Of a DNA stretch of 64,000 nucleotides, positions 28,370 to 37,757 are shown one piece after another. Every line of letters starts with the position of its first letter. Position 1 is the stretch's first letter. Under the pieces are notes generated by a model, which saw only the letters and a program-made list of their open reading frames with translations, was not told where the DNA came from and made no database searches. The position numbers and the translations under genes are program-made. The DNA comes from Clostridia bacterium (GTDB taxonomy: Bacteria; Bacillota; Clostridia; Oscillospirales; CAG-272): the NCBI GenBank assembly GCA_017937135.1, contig JAGBEE010000012.1, positions 11,250-75,249 on the forward strand. Reading direction: 5' to 3'.

Positions 28370-29419
28370 TTAATATTCAAATTTAATAGTTTGATTAAGC
28401 TCGGCAGATTTGAAGGCGCATTCCATAACCTTCATATCAAGGCGCATTTGATCGTGTGTTACGATTTGCGCTTCCTTGCCATCTATGGCATTTACAAAAT
28501 TACGATAGAAATCGTGAACATCGGATTTTGGAATTTCAAGCTCGTATTCCTTTAAGGTAACGCTATCCCTCGGAGCCATAGTTTTAGTAAGACCTGCAGC
28601 AGTCTGAACAGGAATAACCTCGCTTTCATGCCAGTGTAAGCATTTAGCGACCTGTGTTTTTTCTCTCCAGTCCTTAATAAGAGCAGAGCCGTTTTCAGCC
28701 TTCATATAAAATCTTGGCATAGCTATAAAGTTGTACGTGCCAACCTCAACAAAGGCAACAGCACCACTTTTAAAGGTTATTGTAAGATAGAATCCGTCAT
28801 CAACCTCTTTGTTAGTAATGTTAGTAACTGTACAGTTTATTGTATCAATTGTTTCATCCTTGTATATAAGCAAAAGCTGGTCAATTAAGTGAATACCCCA
28901 GTCAAGAATCATTCCACCACCGTGCTCCTTCTCACCTCTCCAGTCGGAGGGAATACCACGTGAGCCGTGGATTCTTGATTCAATACGTAATGGCTTGCCA
29001 ATTTCCTTAGTGTTAGCAAGGTGCTGCATAGCGAGATAGTCAACATCCCATCTTCTGTTTTGATGAACAGTAAAGAGCTTGTTTGATTTCTTTGATGCCT
29101 CAATCATTTTTTCAAGGTCGTCTGAGCTAAGCGCAACAGGCTTTTCACAAATTACGTTTTTGCCACCCTCTAAGCATCTTACAACCGTATCTAAGTGAAC
29201 GTCGTTTGGAATGGCAATAGTAACAAGTTCAACGCTTTTGTCGTTTATAAGCTCATCAAGGGAGGAGTATGCATAAATGCCATTGCTTCTTGCTTTAATT
29301 ACCTTTTCCTCATCTATATCATATATGCCGGCAAGCTCAAGCACATCGCTTTTCAGTGCGTGATTAACGTGCCAAGAGCCCATTCCGCCATAACCAACAA
29401 TTGCAATTTTTTTCTTCAT
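28370..29419 (-). CDS. Gfo/Idh/MocA-family oxidoreductase
   Basis: 349 aa with N-terminal Rossmann KIAIVGYGGMGSWH and the EKP motif (VICEKPVA). Confidence 0.88.
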   Translation of the reverse strand: MKKKIAIVGYGGMGSWHVNHALKSDVLELAGIYDIDEEKVIKARSNGIYAYSSLDELINDKSVELVTIAIPNDVHLDTVVRCLEGGKNVICEKPVALSSDDLEKMIEASKKSNKLFTVHQNRRWDVDYLAMQHLANTKEIGKPLRIESRIHGSRGIPSDWRGEKEHGGGMILDWGIHLIDQLLLIYKDETIDTINCTVTNITNKEVDDGFYLTITFKSGAVAFVEVGTYNFIAMPRFYMKAENGSALIKDWREKTQVAKCLHWHESEVIPVQTAAGLTKTMAPRDSVTLKEYELEIPKSDVHDFYRNFVNAIDGKEAQIVTHDQMRLDMKVMECAFKSAELNQTIKFEY

Positions 29420-29456
29420 TTTGTACCTCTTGAAGTATGTTTAAAATACTATAAAT

Positions 29457-29484
29457 AGTATATCAAAATATTATAAAAAGTCAA
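29457..29484 (-). promoter_or_regulatory. Candidate promoter of the Gfo/Idh/MocA gene
   Basis: The minus strand reads TTGACT, a 16-nt spacer, then TGaTATACT. Confidence 0.4.
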
Positions 29485-29493
29485 TAGATAAAA

Positions 29494-29524
29494 TAAAAAA
29501 TCCTCGCGATTTCGCGAGGATTTT
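29494..29524 (-). terminator. Intrinsic terminator after the sugar ABC ATPase gene
   Basis: AATCCTCGCGA (29499-29509) pairs with TCGCGAGGATT (29512-29522). A T-run follows on the minus strand (A-run 29495-29500 on plus). Confidence 0.65.
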
Positions 29525-29531
29525 GAATTTA

Positions 29532-30644
29532 TTAGTGAATAATGTATTGCTGAGTGTCCTTGTCGAAGAGGTGAATTCTGTTAGCCTCAATAGCAACAGT
29601 GATATTATCACCGGCTCTTGCTTGTGAGCGAGAAGAAACTCTTGCGATAGCATTTTGCTCTCCGATAGAGAGGTAGAGATAAATTTCAGCACCCATAAGC
29701 TCAGTAACATCAACGTTAACGGTTGCAATGTTTTCGGGCATTGTTGAGAGATAAATTGGCTCATCGTGGATACATTCTGGACGAATACCTGCAACAACCT
29801 CTTTGCCAATGTAATCTTGGAGCTTAGGATCAGCAGCCTTTTCAGCAGGAAGCTTCAAGGAAATTCCCTCGAAGGTTACGTAAAGACCATCGTCCTTCTT
29901 TTCAAGAACAGAGTTAATGAAGTTCATTTGAGGAGTACCAATAAATCCAGCAACGAACATATTAACAGGCTTGTCGTAAAGATTTTGAGGAGTATCAACC
30001 TGTTGGATAAGACCATCCTTCATAACTACGATTCTTGTAGCCATTGTCATAGCCTCAACCTGGTCGTGGGTTACGTATACGAATGTTGTACCAACGCGCT
30101 TATGTATCTTTGTGAGCTCGGTTCTCATTGTTGCACGGAGCTTAGCATCAAGGTTTGAAAGAGGCTCGTCAAGCAAGAATACCTTAGGATTTCTAACGAT
30201 AGCACGACCAAGAGCAACACGCTGCTTCTGACCACCTGACATAGCCTTTGGCTTTCTGTCAAGAAGGTGAGCGATACCAAGAATATCAGCAGCCTCTTCA
30301 ACTCTACGCTTAATTTCCTCCTTTGGAGTTTTACGAAGCTTAAGACCGAATGCCATATTTTCGTAAACAGTCATATGAGGATAAAGAGCATAGTTCTGGA
30401 AAACCATCGCAATATCTCTGTCCTTTGGAGCAATGTCGTTCATAAGCTTGTCGCCTATATAAAGCTCGCCCTCTGTAATTTCTTCAAGTCCTGCAATCAT
30501 ACGAAGGGTAGTGGACTTACCACATCCTGAAGGACCAACGAAGATAACAAATTCCTTGTCCTTGATTTCAAGACAAAAGTCTGATACAGCGGTAACGCCG
30601 CCTGGGTATTTTTTATAAATGTGCTTAAGTGATAAACCTGCCAT
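29532..30644 (-). CDS. Sugar ABC transporter ATP-binding protein (MsmX/MalK/UgpC type)
   Basis: Start set at ATG 30644 (MAGLSLKHIYKKY...) with an AAGGAGA RBS. Walker A GPSGCGKST, signature MSGGQKQR, Walker B FLLDEPLS, and a C-terminal regulatory domain. Codon usage looks highly expressed. Confidence 0.88.
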   Translation of the reverse strand: MAGLSLKHIYKKYPGGVTAVSDFCLEIKDKEFVIFVGPSGCGKSTTLRMIAGLEEITEGELYIGDKLMNDIAPKDRDIAMVFQNYALYPHMTVYENMAFGLKLRKTPKEEIKRRVEEAADILGIAHLLDRKPKAMSGGQKQRVALGRAIVRNPKVFLLDEPLSNLDAKLRATMRTELTKIHKRVGTTFVYVTHDQVEAMTMATRIVVMKDGLIQQVDTPQNLYDKPVNMFVAGFIGTPQMNFINSVLEKKDDGLYVTFEGISLKLPAEKAADPKLQDYIGKEVVAGIRPECIHDEPIYLSTMPENIATVNVDVTELMGAEIYLYLSIGEQNAIARVSSRSQARAGDNITVAIEANRIHLFDKDTQQYIIH

Positions 30645-30806
30645 TTTAAATCTCCTTATCATTTCAGAGGGCAAAATAATGCTCGAGAACACACAAAAAT
30701 AGGCAAAATCTCGATTTTTTCAAAAATTGCCATAAAAATGTTATTTTAATACTATTATTATAACAGAAAGTTGCACAAATTGGAATAGTTTTTTTATACA
30801 AAATTT

Positions 30807-30845
30807 GAAAACGCATTTTGTGCAAGGTGCACAAAATGCGTTTTC
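30807..30845 (-). terminator. Perfect 18-bp hairpin downstream of tex (probable terminator)
   Basis: GAAAACGCATTTTGTGCA (30807-30824) pairs perfectly with TGCACAAAATGCGTTTTC (30828-30845) across a 3-nt loop. The downstream U-tract on the minus strand is only modest. Confidence 0.5.
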
Positions 30846-30876
30846 GATTGTTAAAAATTAACAAAATATGCGTTTA

Positions 30877-33036
30877 TTAAAATTTCATAGTTAGGCTAAT
30901 TCTCTTTTTATTGAGGTCAACGTCCAAAATCTTAACGGTTACAATGTCACCAACGCTAAGAACCTCACTTGGGTGCTTAACGAATTTTGTAGATAGCTGT
31001 GAAACGTGAACAAGTCCGTCCTGGTGAACGCCGATGTCAATGAAAGCTCCAAAGTCAATAACGTTACGAACAGTACCTGTCATAGTCATGCCTGGCTTTA
31101 AGTCCTCCATGCCAAGAACGTCATCACGAAGAATAGGCAATGGCAATGAATCACGCACATCACGACCTGGCTTTTCAAGCTCGCCGATAATGTCAAGGAG
31201 CGTAGGCTCACCAATTTCAAGCTCGCCAGCAAGCTTCTTTGTGCCATACTTTGCACATTTGCTTCTTATATCTCTAAGACCAGAGCCAACGCTGTCAAGT
31301 GTATATTCAAATTTAGCAAGGAGCTTCTTTGCAGCCTCGTAGGATTCTGGGTGAACGCCTGTGTTATCAAGGATTTCATTTGAGTCAGGAACTCTTAAGA
31401 AGCCTGCGCATTGCTCGTAAGCCTTTGCTCCGATTTTAGGAACCTTCAAAAGCTCGGATCTCTTCGTGAATTCACCGTTTTCCTCACGATATTTAACAAT
31501 ATTCTTAGCAGAAGCCATATTGATACCTGAAATGTATGAAAGCAAGGAATATGAAGCTGTGTTTACATCAACACCAATGCTGTTTACGCAATCCTCAACA
31601 ACTCCACCAAGAGCCTCGTCAAGACGTGCTTGCTTCATATCGTGCTGATATTGACCAACGCCGATAGATTTTGGGTCGATTTTTACAAGCTCTGCAAGAG
31701 GGTCCTGTAAGCGTCTTGCAATCGAAACAGCAGAACGCTGTGTAACGTCGAAGTCAGGGAATTCCTCAGCGCCAAGCTTGGAAGCAGAGTAAACTGAAGC
31801 ACCTGCCTCACTTACCATAATGTATTTTTTATCGCTTGCAAGCTCCTTGAGAACGCCTGCAATAAATATCTCGCTTTCCTTAGATGCAGTACCGTTACCA
31901 ATAGCAACAACGTCAACACCATACTTTGTAATAAGTCTTGTTACAATCTTAGCTGAGCCCTCAATATCCTCTCTTGGCTTGGTAGGATAGATAACTGCTG
32001 TGTCAATAACCTTACCTGTCTTGTCAACAACAGCGAGCTTACAGCCTGTACGATAGCCGGGGTCATAGCCAAGAACTGTCTTTCCCTTTAATGGAGCCTG
32101 CATAAGAAGATGCTTTAGGTTATCAGAGAAGAGCTTAATTGCGCCCTCGCTTGCATCGTCAAATAATGCAGTTCTAATTTCTCGTTCAACTGAAGGAGCA
32201 ATAAGACGCTCATAGCTATCTGTAATTGCTTCTGTAATATATACCTTTGCAGGGCTTTTGGAATTTGTGATAATGGAAGAGAATAGATAGTTAAGAATAA
32301 TCTCGGAATCAACAACAACGTCAACCTTTAAAAATTCTTCCTTTTCACCTCTGTTAATAGCAAGAATACGGTGACCTGGAATCTTCTTAACGCTTTCATT
32401 ATAATCATAATAAGAGCTATAAACGGAATCCTCATCCTTAGCCTTTTTAGAAACTATTTGACCGTGTTCGGTGGTCAAGGCTCTTATTGCCTTTCTGTAA
32501 TCAGCATTGTCGGAAATATCCTCAGCGATAATGTCCTTAGCGCCATTTATAGCGTCCTCGGCTGTTTTAACAACGAGCTTCTTGTCCTCATTATCCTTTA
32601 TATATTCCTTAGCGATTTCCATAAGGTCATTTTCGTAAGAATCTCTTTGCTCCATAATGAGAAGGGCGAGTGGCTCAAGCCCTTTCTTTCTTGCAATAGA
32701 GGCTCTTGTCTCTCTCTTTGGCTTGAAGGGACGGTAAATATCCTCGACCTCGGTCAAAATTTGAGCCTTTTGAAGTGCCTCAACAATTTCGGGAGTGAGC
32801 TTGCCCTGAGCCTCAATAAGAGAGGAAACCTCAGCCTTTCTTGCCTCTAAATTACGGAGGTATTTAAGTCTGTCATCAAGATTACGAAGAACAGTATCAT
32901 CAAGTGAGCCTGTAACCTCTTTTCTATAACGTGCGATAAATGGGATAGTATTTCCGTCATCAATAAGTCCAACGGTAGCCTCTACCTGGCTGATTTTTAA
33001 GTTAAATTCCTTTGCTAATGCTTCAATAATGTTCAT
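30877..33036 (-). CDS. tex: Tex-like transcription accessory protein (YqgF/RuvC-like, HhH and S1 domains)
   Basis: 719 aa with the Tex N-terminus (IPFIARYRKE), a YqgF-like core and a C-terminal S1 domain (GTVRNVIDFGAFIDIGVHQDGLVHVSQL). Confidence 0.92.
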   Translation of the reverse strand: MNIIEALAKEFNLKISQVEATVGLIDDGNTIPFIARYRKEVTGSLDDTVLRNLDDRLKYLRNLEARKAEVSSLIEAQGKLTPEIVEALQKAQILTEVEDIYRPFKPKRETRASIARKKGLEPLALLIMEQRDSYENDLMEIAKEYIKDNEDKKLVVKTAEDAINGAKDIIAEDISDNADYRKAIRALTTEHGQIVSKKAKDEDSVYSSYYDYNESVKKIPGHRILAINRGEKEEFLKVDVVVDSEIILNYLFSSIITNSKSPAKVYITEAITDSYERLIAPSVEREIRTALFDDASEGAIKLFSDNLKHLLMQAPLKGKTVLGYDPGYRTGCKLAVVDKTGKVIDTAVIYPTKPREDIEGSAKIVTRLITKYGVDVVAIGNGTASKESEIFIAGVLKELASDKKYIMVSEAGASVYSASKLGAEEFPDFDVTQRSAVSIARRLQDPLAELVKIDPKSIGVGQYQHDMKQARLDEALGGVVEDCVNSIGVDVNTASYSLLSYISGINMASAKNIVKYREENGEFTKRSELLKVPKIGAKAYEQCAGFLRVPDSNEILDNTGVHPESYEAAKKLLAKFEYTLDSVGSGLRDIRSKCAKYGTKKLAGELEIGEPTLLDIIGELEKPGRDVRDSLPLPILRDDVLGMEDLKPGMTMTGTVRNVIDFGAFIDIGVHQDGLVHVSQLSTKFVKHPSEVLSVGDIVTVKILDVDLNKKRISLTMKF

Positions 33037-33050
33037 AGTTTGGTCTCCGC

Positions 33051-34100
33051 TTATTTTTCAATATAATCTTTTACAAAATATGTGTGAGTGTGTGCGCTAT
33101 TGCCATATTTATCTCTTATCGTAACTCTGAAATAAACATCGCTTTCTCTAAGGTCGAATTCTGCATGAGTTATAGGCTCAGCACCATCGGCTCTTGTTAC
33201 GTGTCTGTCGGCTCTACAATATGCGTTTATAAAAACGCTTTCAACTGGTGAGCATTCGATAATGATTTTGTTGTTTTCAACGTAAAGCTCCTTAAACTGT
33301 GGAGGATTATCTCTACCACTTGCACAGTAAATGTGACCCTTTTCCATAGCTTCAATTATCTGGTCGTATTTTAGCTCCTTAGCACCGATAAAGGTTGAGC
33401 CACCAAAGGACTCTCTTACACTGTCACCGTGGTTATGGTTGTCATCACCCATCGTGCAAACGAGGTTATACATACCATTTCTTACCATATCGTCATAAAT
33501 GTAAGGGCAGTACTCACTACCTGTTTCAAGCTCGGTTGCATAGTTAAGAATCTCAAGTCCCCAAAGCCCCTTCATATTTATATAGTCGTCTCTTTCGTTG
33601 AGTGACCAATATGGGTGATTGAGCTGAACTAAAAAGCCTGCGTCGTTACAGCGCTTAATCATTTCGTTAATGCCAGCCTTGGAATATTCACGAACAAATC
33701 CATCGCACTTAGTGTCGGGATAACGGTTCTTTAATAACCAAATTTGATCTACACAGGTTGCTGGCTGAAAGGTATTATGTGGGTCCTTTGAAAAAATGTT
33801 TATGTGAACGCATTTCTTTCTAACCCACTCGTTTGTTTCTGTGTCAAATATTTGGGGAAAGCTTTCGTCGCTTGCGTTGACAGCATACTCACTACTGGTA
33901 AGCGCTAAAAACTCGTCATCGTTTAAATCAGAGTGGTCGAGAAGAACGTCGTGGTCTGTGTAGGCTACGATAGAATAACCGTGGTTCTTGTAAACCTCCT
34001 TAACCCTTTCGGGTGTGTAAGCACCATCTGAATGAATGGTGTGACAATGGAAATTGGCTCTATACCAATTTACGTCGTTTGGCAAAAGGTATTTTTTCAT
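33051..34100 (-). CDS. PHP-domain metallophosphoesterase-like protein (paralogue 2)
   Basis: N-terminal NWYRANFHCHTIHSDG (PHP HxH...SDG motif). Start at ATG 34100 overlaps the upstream stop as ATGA. Clear full-length similarity to 34097-35152. Confidence 0.75.
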   Translation of the reverse strand: MKKYLLPNDVNWYRANFHCHTIHSDGAYTPERVKEVYKNHGYSIVAYTDHDVLLDHSDLNDDEFLALTSSEYAVNASDESFPQIFDTETNEWVRKKCVHINIFSKDPHNTFQPATCVDQIWLLKNRYPDTKCDGFVREYSKAGINEMIKRCNDAGFLVQLNHPYWSLNERDDYINMKGLWGLEILNYATELETGSEYCPYIYDDMVRNGMYNLVCTMGDDNHNHGDSVRESFGGSTFIGAKELKYDQIIEAMEKGHIYCASGRDNPPQFKELYVENNKIIIECSPVESVFINAYCRADRHVTRADGAEPITHAEFDLRESDVYFRVTIRDKYGNSAHTHTYFVKDYIEK

Positions 34101-35152
34101 TGTAAATCCTCCCAATAATCGCTAACCTTATAGTAATGTGTATTTGCATTATTTCCATATTTATCTCTTACAGTAATACGGAAATAAATGTCGTTTTTAT
34201 CAAGAGGAAACTCAGCGTGCGTAATGCCACTATCATCTGAAATATTTCTCCATGCTCTTGAATAGCCGGTAAGAATTACGTCTGTTGCCTCTGTGCAGTC
34301 AATTTTGATTATGTTGTCTTCTACGTAAAGAGCCTTTATTCTTGGTGGATTTTTACCACTTGCACAGTAAATATGACCCTTTTCCATAGCCTTTATTACT
34401 TGATCGTATTTTAATTCCTTAGCACCTATAAAGGTTGAGCCTCCAAAGGATTGATTTAAGCTTTTTCCTCTGTTGTGGTTATCGTCACCCATAGAGCAGT
34501 ATAAATTATACATTCCCGAACGGAACATTTCATCATAAATGTGAGGACAGTATTCAGCTCCTGTTAACCTTTCGGTTGCATAGTTAAGTATCTCAAGCGA
34601 CCATAGCCCGTCAACGCCCAAATAATCGCTTCTATCATTTAATGACCAGTTCGGGTGATTGAACTGCACTAAGAAGTTGTTGTCATTAAGACGCTTAATA
34701 GCTTCGTTAATGCTTTCTTTTGTATATTCTCTGTGGTATCCGTCGCATTTTTGCTTACCTACATACTTACCCCCCTGTATCCAAGCAAAGGAGGAGTCAT
34801 CAGCGGCAGGCTGAAAATCAGCGTGCTGATTTTTTGAATAAACACAAAGGTGAATGGTTTTCCTTCTGCGCCAATTATCATAATTACTTGGCTCGTCCTT
34901 ATGAGGGGGAATAGATGGCGTTTCCTCGGTAATAGAATATTCCGAGCTTGTAAGCGTCAAAAACTCGTCGTCATCAAGGTCAGAGTGGTCGAGAAGAATT
35001 TCGTGGTCGGTGTAGGCAACAATAGAGTAGCCCTGCACCTTATATGCTTCCTTGACTTCCTCTGGTGAAAGATTACCATCGGAAATATTGGTATGACAGT
35101 GCATATTTGCCCTGTACCAATTTACATCGTTTGGTAAAAGATATTTTCTCAT
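34097..35152 (-). CDS. PHP-domain metallophosphoesterase-like protein (paralogue 1)
   Basis: NWYRANMHCHTNISDG. Shares long identical blocks with its neighbour (GGSTFIGAKELKYDQ, EKGHIYCASG, RDKYGN). Its start overlaps the rsuA stop as ATGA. Confidence 0.75.
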   Translation of the reverse strand: MRKYLLPNDVNWYRANMHCHTNISDGNLSPEEVKEAYKVQGYSIVAYTDHEILLDHSDLDDDEFLTLTSSEYSITEETPSIPPHKDEPSNYDNWRRRKTIHLCVYSKNQHADFQPAADDSSFAWIQGGKYVGKQKCDGYHREYTKESINEAIKRLNDNNFLVQFNHPNWSLNDRSDYLGVDGLWSLEILNYATERLTGAEYCPHIYDEMFRSGMYNLYCSMGDDNHNRGKSLNQSFGGSTFIGAKELKYDQVIKAMEKGHIYCASGKNPPRIKALYVEDNIIKIDCTEATDVILTGYSRAWRNISDDSGITHAEFPLDKNDIYFRITVRDKYGNNANTHYYKVSDYWEDLQ

Positions 35153-35859
35153 ATTTTATCTCCTTCGAGAAAAAGCTTTTCTTCTGTATCTGACAAATAT
35201 CTCCACTCGCCACGTTTAAGGCTCGTATCAAGCACAATAGGGCCAAAGCTGACTCTTTCAAGATAGGTAATTTTATTGTTAACAGCCTCTGCCATTAGCT
35301 TTATTTGGTGATATTTGCCCTCGGTAAGAGTGATTTCACCACTTGTTAAATCATCATATAGCTTTACTTGGCAGGGCTTAGTAAAATAACCGCCAATGTC
35401 AACTCCGCCTTCAAGTGAAAGAACGTCACTTTTGGAGAGGGGCTTTTCAACCTTAAATTTATAAACCTTTGATACGTGGTGCTTAGGACTTAAAAGCCTG
35501 TGCGACGTATCTCCATCATTAGTTAATATAATAAGACCAAGAGTATTTTTGTCAAGCCTACCGCAAGGGAAAAGCCCTCTTAGCTTATCCTCTGTATCAA
35601 CTAAGTCAACCACAGTTTTCTCGTTTGGGTCGTTAGTTGCGCTAACTACACCATCTGGCTTATTTAACATAATGTAAACATATTTTTTATATTTTACAAT
35701 TTGTGAATTTAAGGTTATAACGTCAGTATCGGGATTTATTTTAGTGTCGGGCGCTTTTACCAAGACGCCATTTACTAACGCCTTGCTAGAGCGAATGAGC
35801 TTTGAAATTTCACTGCGAGAGCCCTTGCCCATAGAAGCCAAAAACTTGTCAAGACGCAT
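35149..35859 (-). CDS. rsuA: Pseudouridine synthase, RsuA family (S4 domain plus catalytic domain)
   Basis: 236 aa with the S4 N-terminus MRLDKFLA and the catalytic GRLDKNTLGLIILTNDG motif. Confidence 0.85.
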   Translation of the reverse strand: MRLDKFLASMGKGSRSEISKLIRSSKALVNGVLVKAPDTKINPDTDVITLNSQIVKYKKYVYIMLNKPDGVVSATNDPNEKTVVDLVDTEDKLRGLFPCGRLDKNTLGLIILTNDGDTSHRLLSPKHHVSKVYKFKVEKPLSKSDVLSLEGGVDIGGYFTKPCQVKLYDDLTSGEITLTEGKYHQIKLMAEAVNNKITYLERVSFGPIVLDTSLKRGEWRYLSDTEEKLFLEGDKI

Positions 35860-35986
35860 AAAAATACCTCCGTTATTGATTCAAATTATAGTATAGCATA
35901 TTTAGAATAAATTGTAAATAAATAAATATAAAATAAAAGGAAAAAAATTGCCTATGTCGGAAAAAATAAAAAATTTAATAAAATTG

Positions 35987-36015
35987 TTGATTTTACAATT
36001 GAAATAAGATATAAT
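35987..36015 (+). promoter_or_regulatory. Candidate sigma-A promoter of the NifU-like/GGGtGRT pair
   Basis: TTGATT (35987-35992), a 17-nt spacer, then TATAAT (36010-36015), within an AT-rich upstream region. Confidence 0.45.
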
Positions 36016-36050
36016 ATATACGAAAAATTTTATTTCAAGGAGAAATACAT

Positions 36051-36743
36051 ATGATTTATTCACACGAAGTAGAACAGATGTGCTCCGTTGCTAAGGGACC
36101 AAAGCACGGTCCAGCTCCCATTCCAGAAGAGGGCAAATGGGTACAAGCAAAGGAAATCACAGACATTTCAGGCTACACACACGGTATTGGCTGGTGTGCA
36201 CCACAGCAGGGCGCTTGTAAGCTCTCACTCAACGTTAAGAATGGCGTTATTGAGGAAGCACTTGTTGAAACCATCGGTTGCTCAGGTATGACTCACTCAG
36301 CTGCTATGGCTGCAGAAATTCTTCCTGGCAAGACAATTTTGGAAGCACTTAACACAGACCTTGTTTGCGACGCAATTAACACCGCTATGCGTGAGCTCTT
36401 CCTTCAAATCGTTTATGGTAGAACTCAGTCTGCATTCTCAGAGGGTGGACTTGTTATCGGTGCTGGTATGGAGGACCTCGGTAAGGGCGCTCGCTCAATG
36501 GTAGGTACAATGTACGGTACAAAGGCAAAGGGTGTTCGTTATCTCGAAATGACAGAGGGCTATTGCACAAGAATGGCTCTTGACAAGGACAATCAGGTTA
36601 TTGGATACGAGTTCGTATCTCTCGGCAAAATGACCGACTTTATTAAGAAGGGCATGGAGCCAAATGAGGCTTACGAGAAGTCCAAGGGTACATATGGTAG
36701 ATTTGCAGATGCAGATCACTACATTGACCCAAGAAAGCAATAA
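36051..36743 (+). CDS. NifU/IscU-like Fe-S scaffold-domain protein with a C-terminal extension
   Basis: 230 aa. The IscU-like block GACKLSLNVKNGVIEEALVETIGCSGMTHSAAMAAEILPGKTILEA has three spaced Cys residues (GWCAP, GCSG, LVCDA). RBS AAGGAGA. Confidence 0.7.
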   Translation: MIYSHEVEQMCSVAKGPKHGPAPIPEEGKWVQAKEITDISGYTHGIGWCAPQQGACKLSLNVKNGVIEEALVETIGCSGMTHSAAMAAEILPGKTILEALNTDLVCDAINTAMRELFLQIVYGRTQSAFSEGGLVIGAGMEDLGKGARSMVGTMYGTKAKGVRYLEMTEGYCTRMALDKDNQVIGYEFVSLGKMTDFIKKGMEPNEAYEKSKGTYGRFADADHYIDPRKQ

Positions 36744-36758
36744 GGAGGTACTACGAAT

Positions 36759-37757
36759 ATGGCATTATTTGAAGGATATGAGAGAAGAGTTGATAAAATC
36801 AACGCTGCTCTTAAGGAATATGGCATTGGCTCTATTGAGGAGTGTAAGGAAATCACTCTTGCTAAGGGTATCGACTGTGATAAGATAGTAAGAGAAACAC
36901 AGCCTATCTGCTTTGAAAACGCAATTTGGGCATACACCGTTGGTGCTGCTATCGCAATTAAGAAGGGCTGCACAAAGGCTGCTGACGCAGCAGCTGCTAT
37001 CGGTATCGGTCTTCAAGCATTCTGTATCCCTGGCTCAGTAGCAGAGAACAGAAAGGTTGGTCTTGGTCACGGTAACCTCGGTAAAATGCTTCTTTCAGAA
37101 GAAACAGAGTGCTTCTGCTTCTTGGCAGGACACGAGTCCTTTGCAGCTGCAGAGGGTGCTATCAAAATTGCTCTTAACGCAAACAAGGTAAGAGTTAAGC
37201 CACTTCGCGTTATCTTGAACGGTCTTGGCAAGGACGCTGCTATGATTATTTCAAGAATCAACGGCTTTACATATGTTGAAACAGAATTTGACCCATATGC
37301 AGAAGAGGTTAAGGTAATCAAAGAGGTTCCTTACTCAAATGGTCCAAGAGCAGACGTTAAGTGCTATGGCTCAGACAACGTTCCAGAGGGCGTTGCAATT
37401 ATGAAGCTTGAAAACGTTGGTGTATCTATCACAGGTAACTCAACCAACCCAACAAGATTCCAACACCCAGTTGCTGGTACATACAAAAAATGGTGCTATG
37501 AAAACGGAGTTAACTACTTCTCAGTTGCATCAGGTGGTGGTACAGGTCGTACACTTCACCCAGATAACATGGCTGCTGGTCCTGCTTCCTACGGTATGAC
37601 AGATACAATGGGACGTATGCACGGTGATGCTCAGTTCGCTGGTTCCTCATCAGTTCCTGCACACGTAGAAATGATGGGTCTTATCGGCGCAGGTAACAAC
37701 CCAATGGTTGGTATGACTGTTGCTGTTGCAGTTGCTATCGAAGAGGCTTGCAAATAA
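36759..37757 (+). CDS. GGGtGRT-family protein (function unknown)
   Basis: 332 aa carrying the literal family signature SGGGTGRTLHPDN. Lies 15 nt after the NifU-like gene with a GGAGG RBS. Strongly biased (ggt/gct/cgt, C-ending) codon usage. Confidence 0.8.
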   Translation: MALFEGYERRVDKINAALKEYGIGSIEECKEITLAKGIDCDKIVRETQPICFENAIWAYTVGAAIAIKKGCTKAADAAAAIGIGLQAFCIPGSVAENRKVGLGHGNLGKMLLSEETECFCFLAGHESFAAAEGAIKIALNANKVRVKPLRVILNGLGKDAAMIISRINGFTYVETEFDPYAEEVKVIKEVPYSNGPRADVKCYGSDNVPEGVAIMKLENVGVSITGNSTNPTRFQHPVAGTYKKWCYENGVNYFSVASGGGTGRTLHPDNMAAGPASYGMTDTMGRMHGDAQFAGSSSVPAHVEMMGLIGAGNNPMVGMTVAVAVAIEEACK

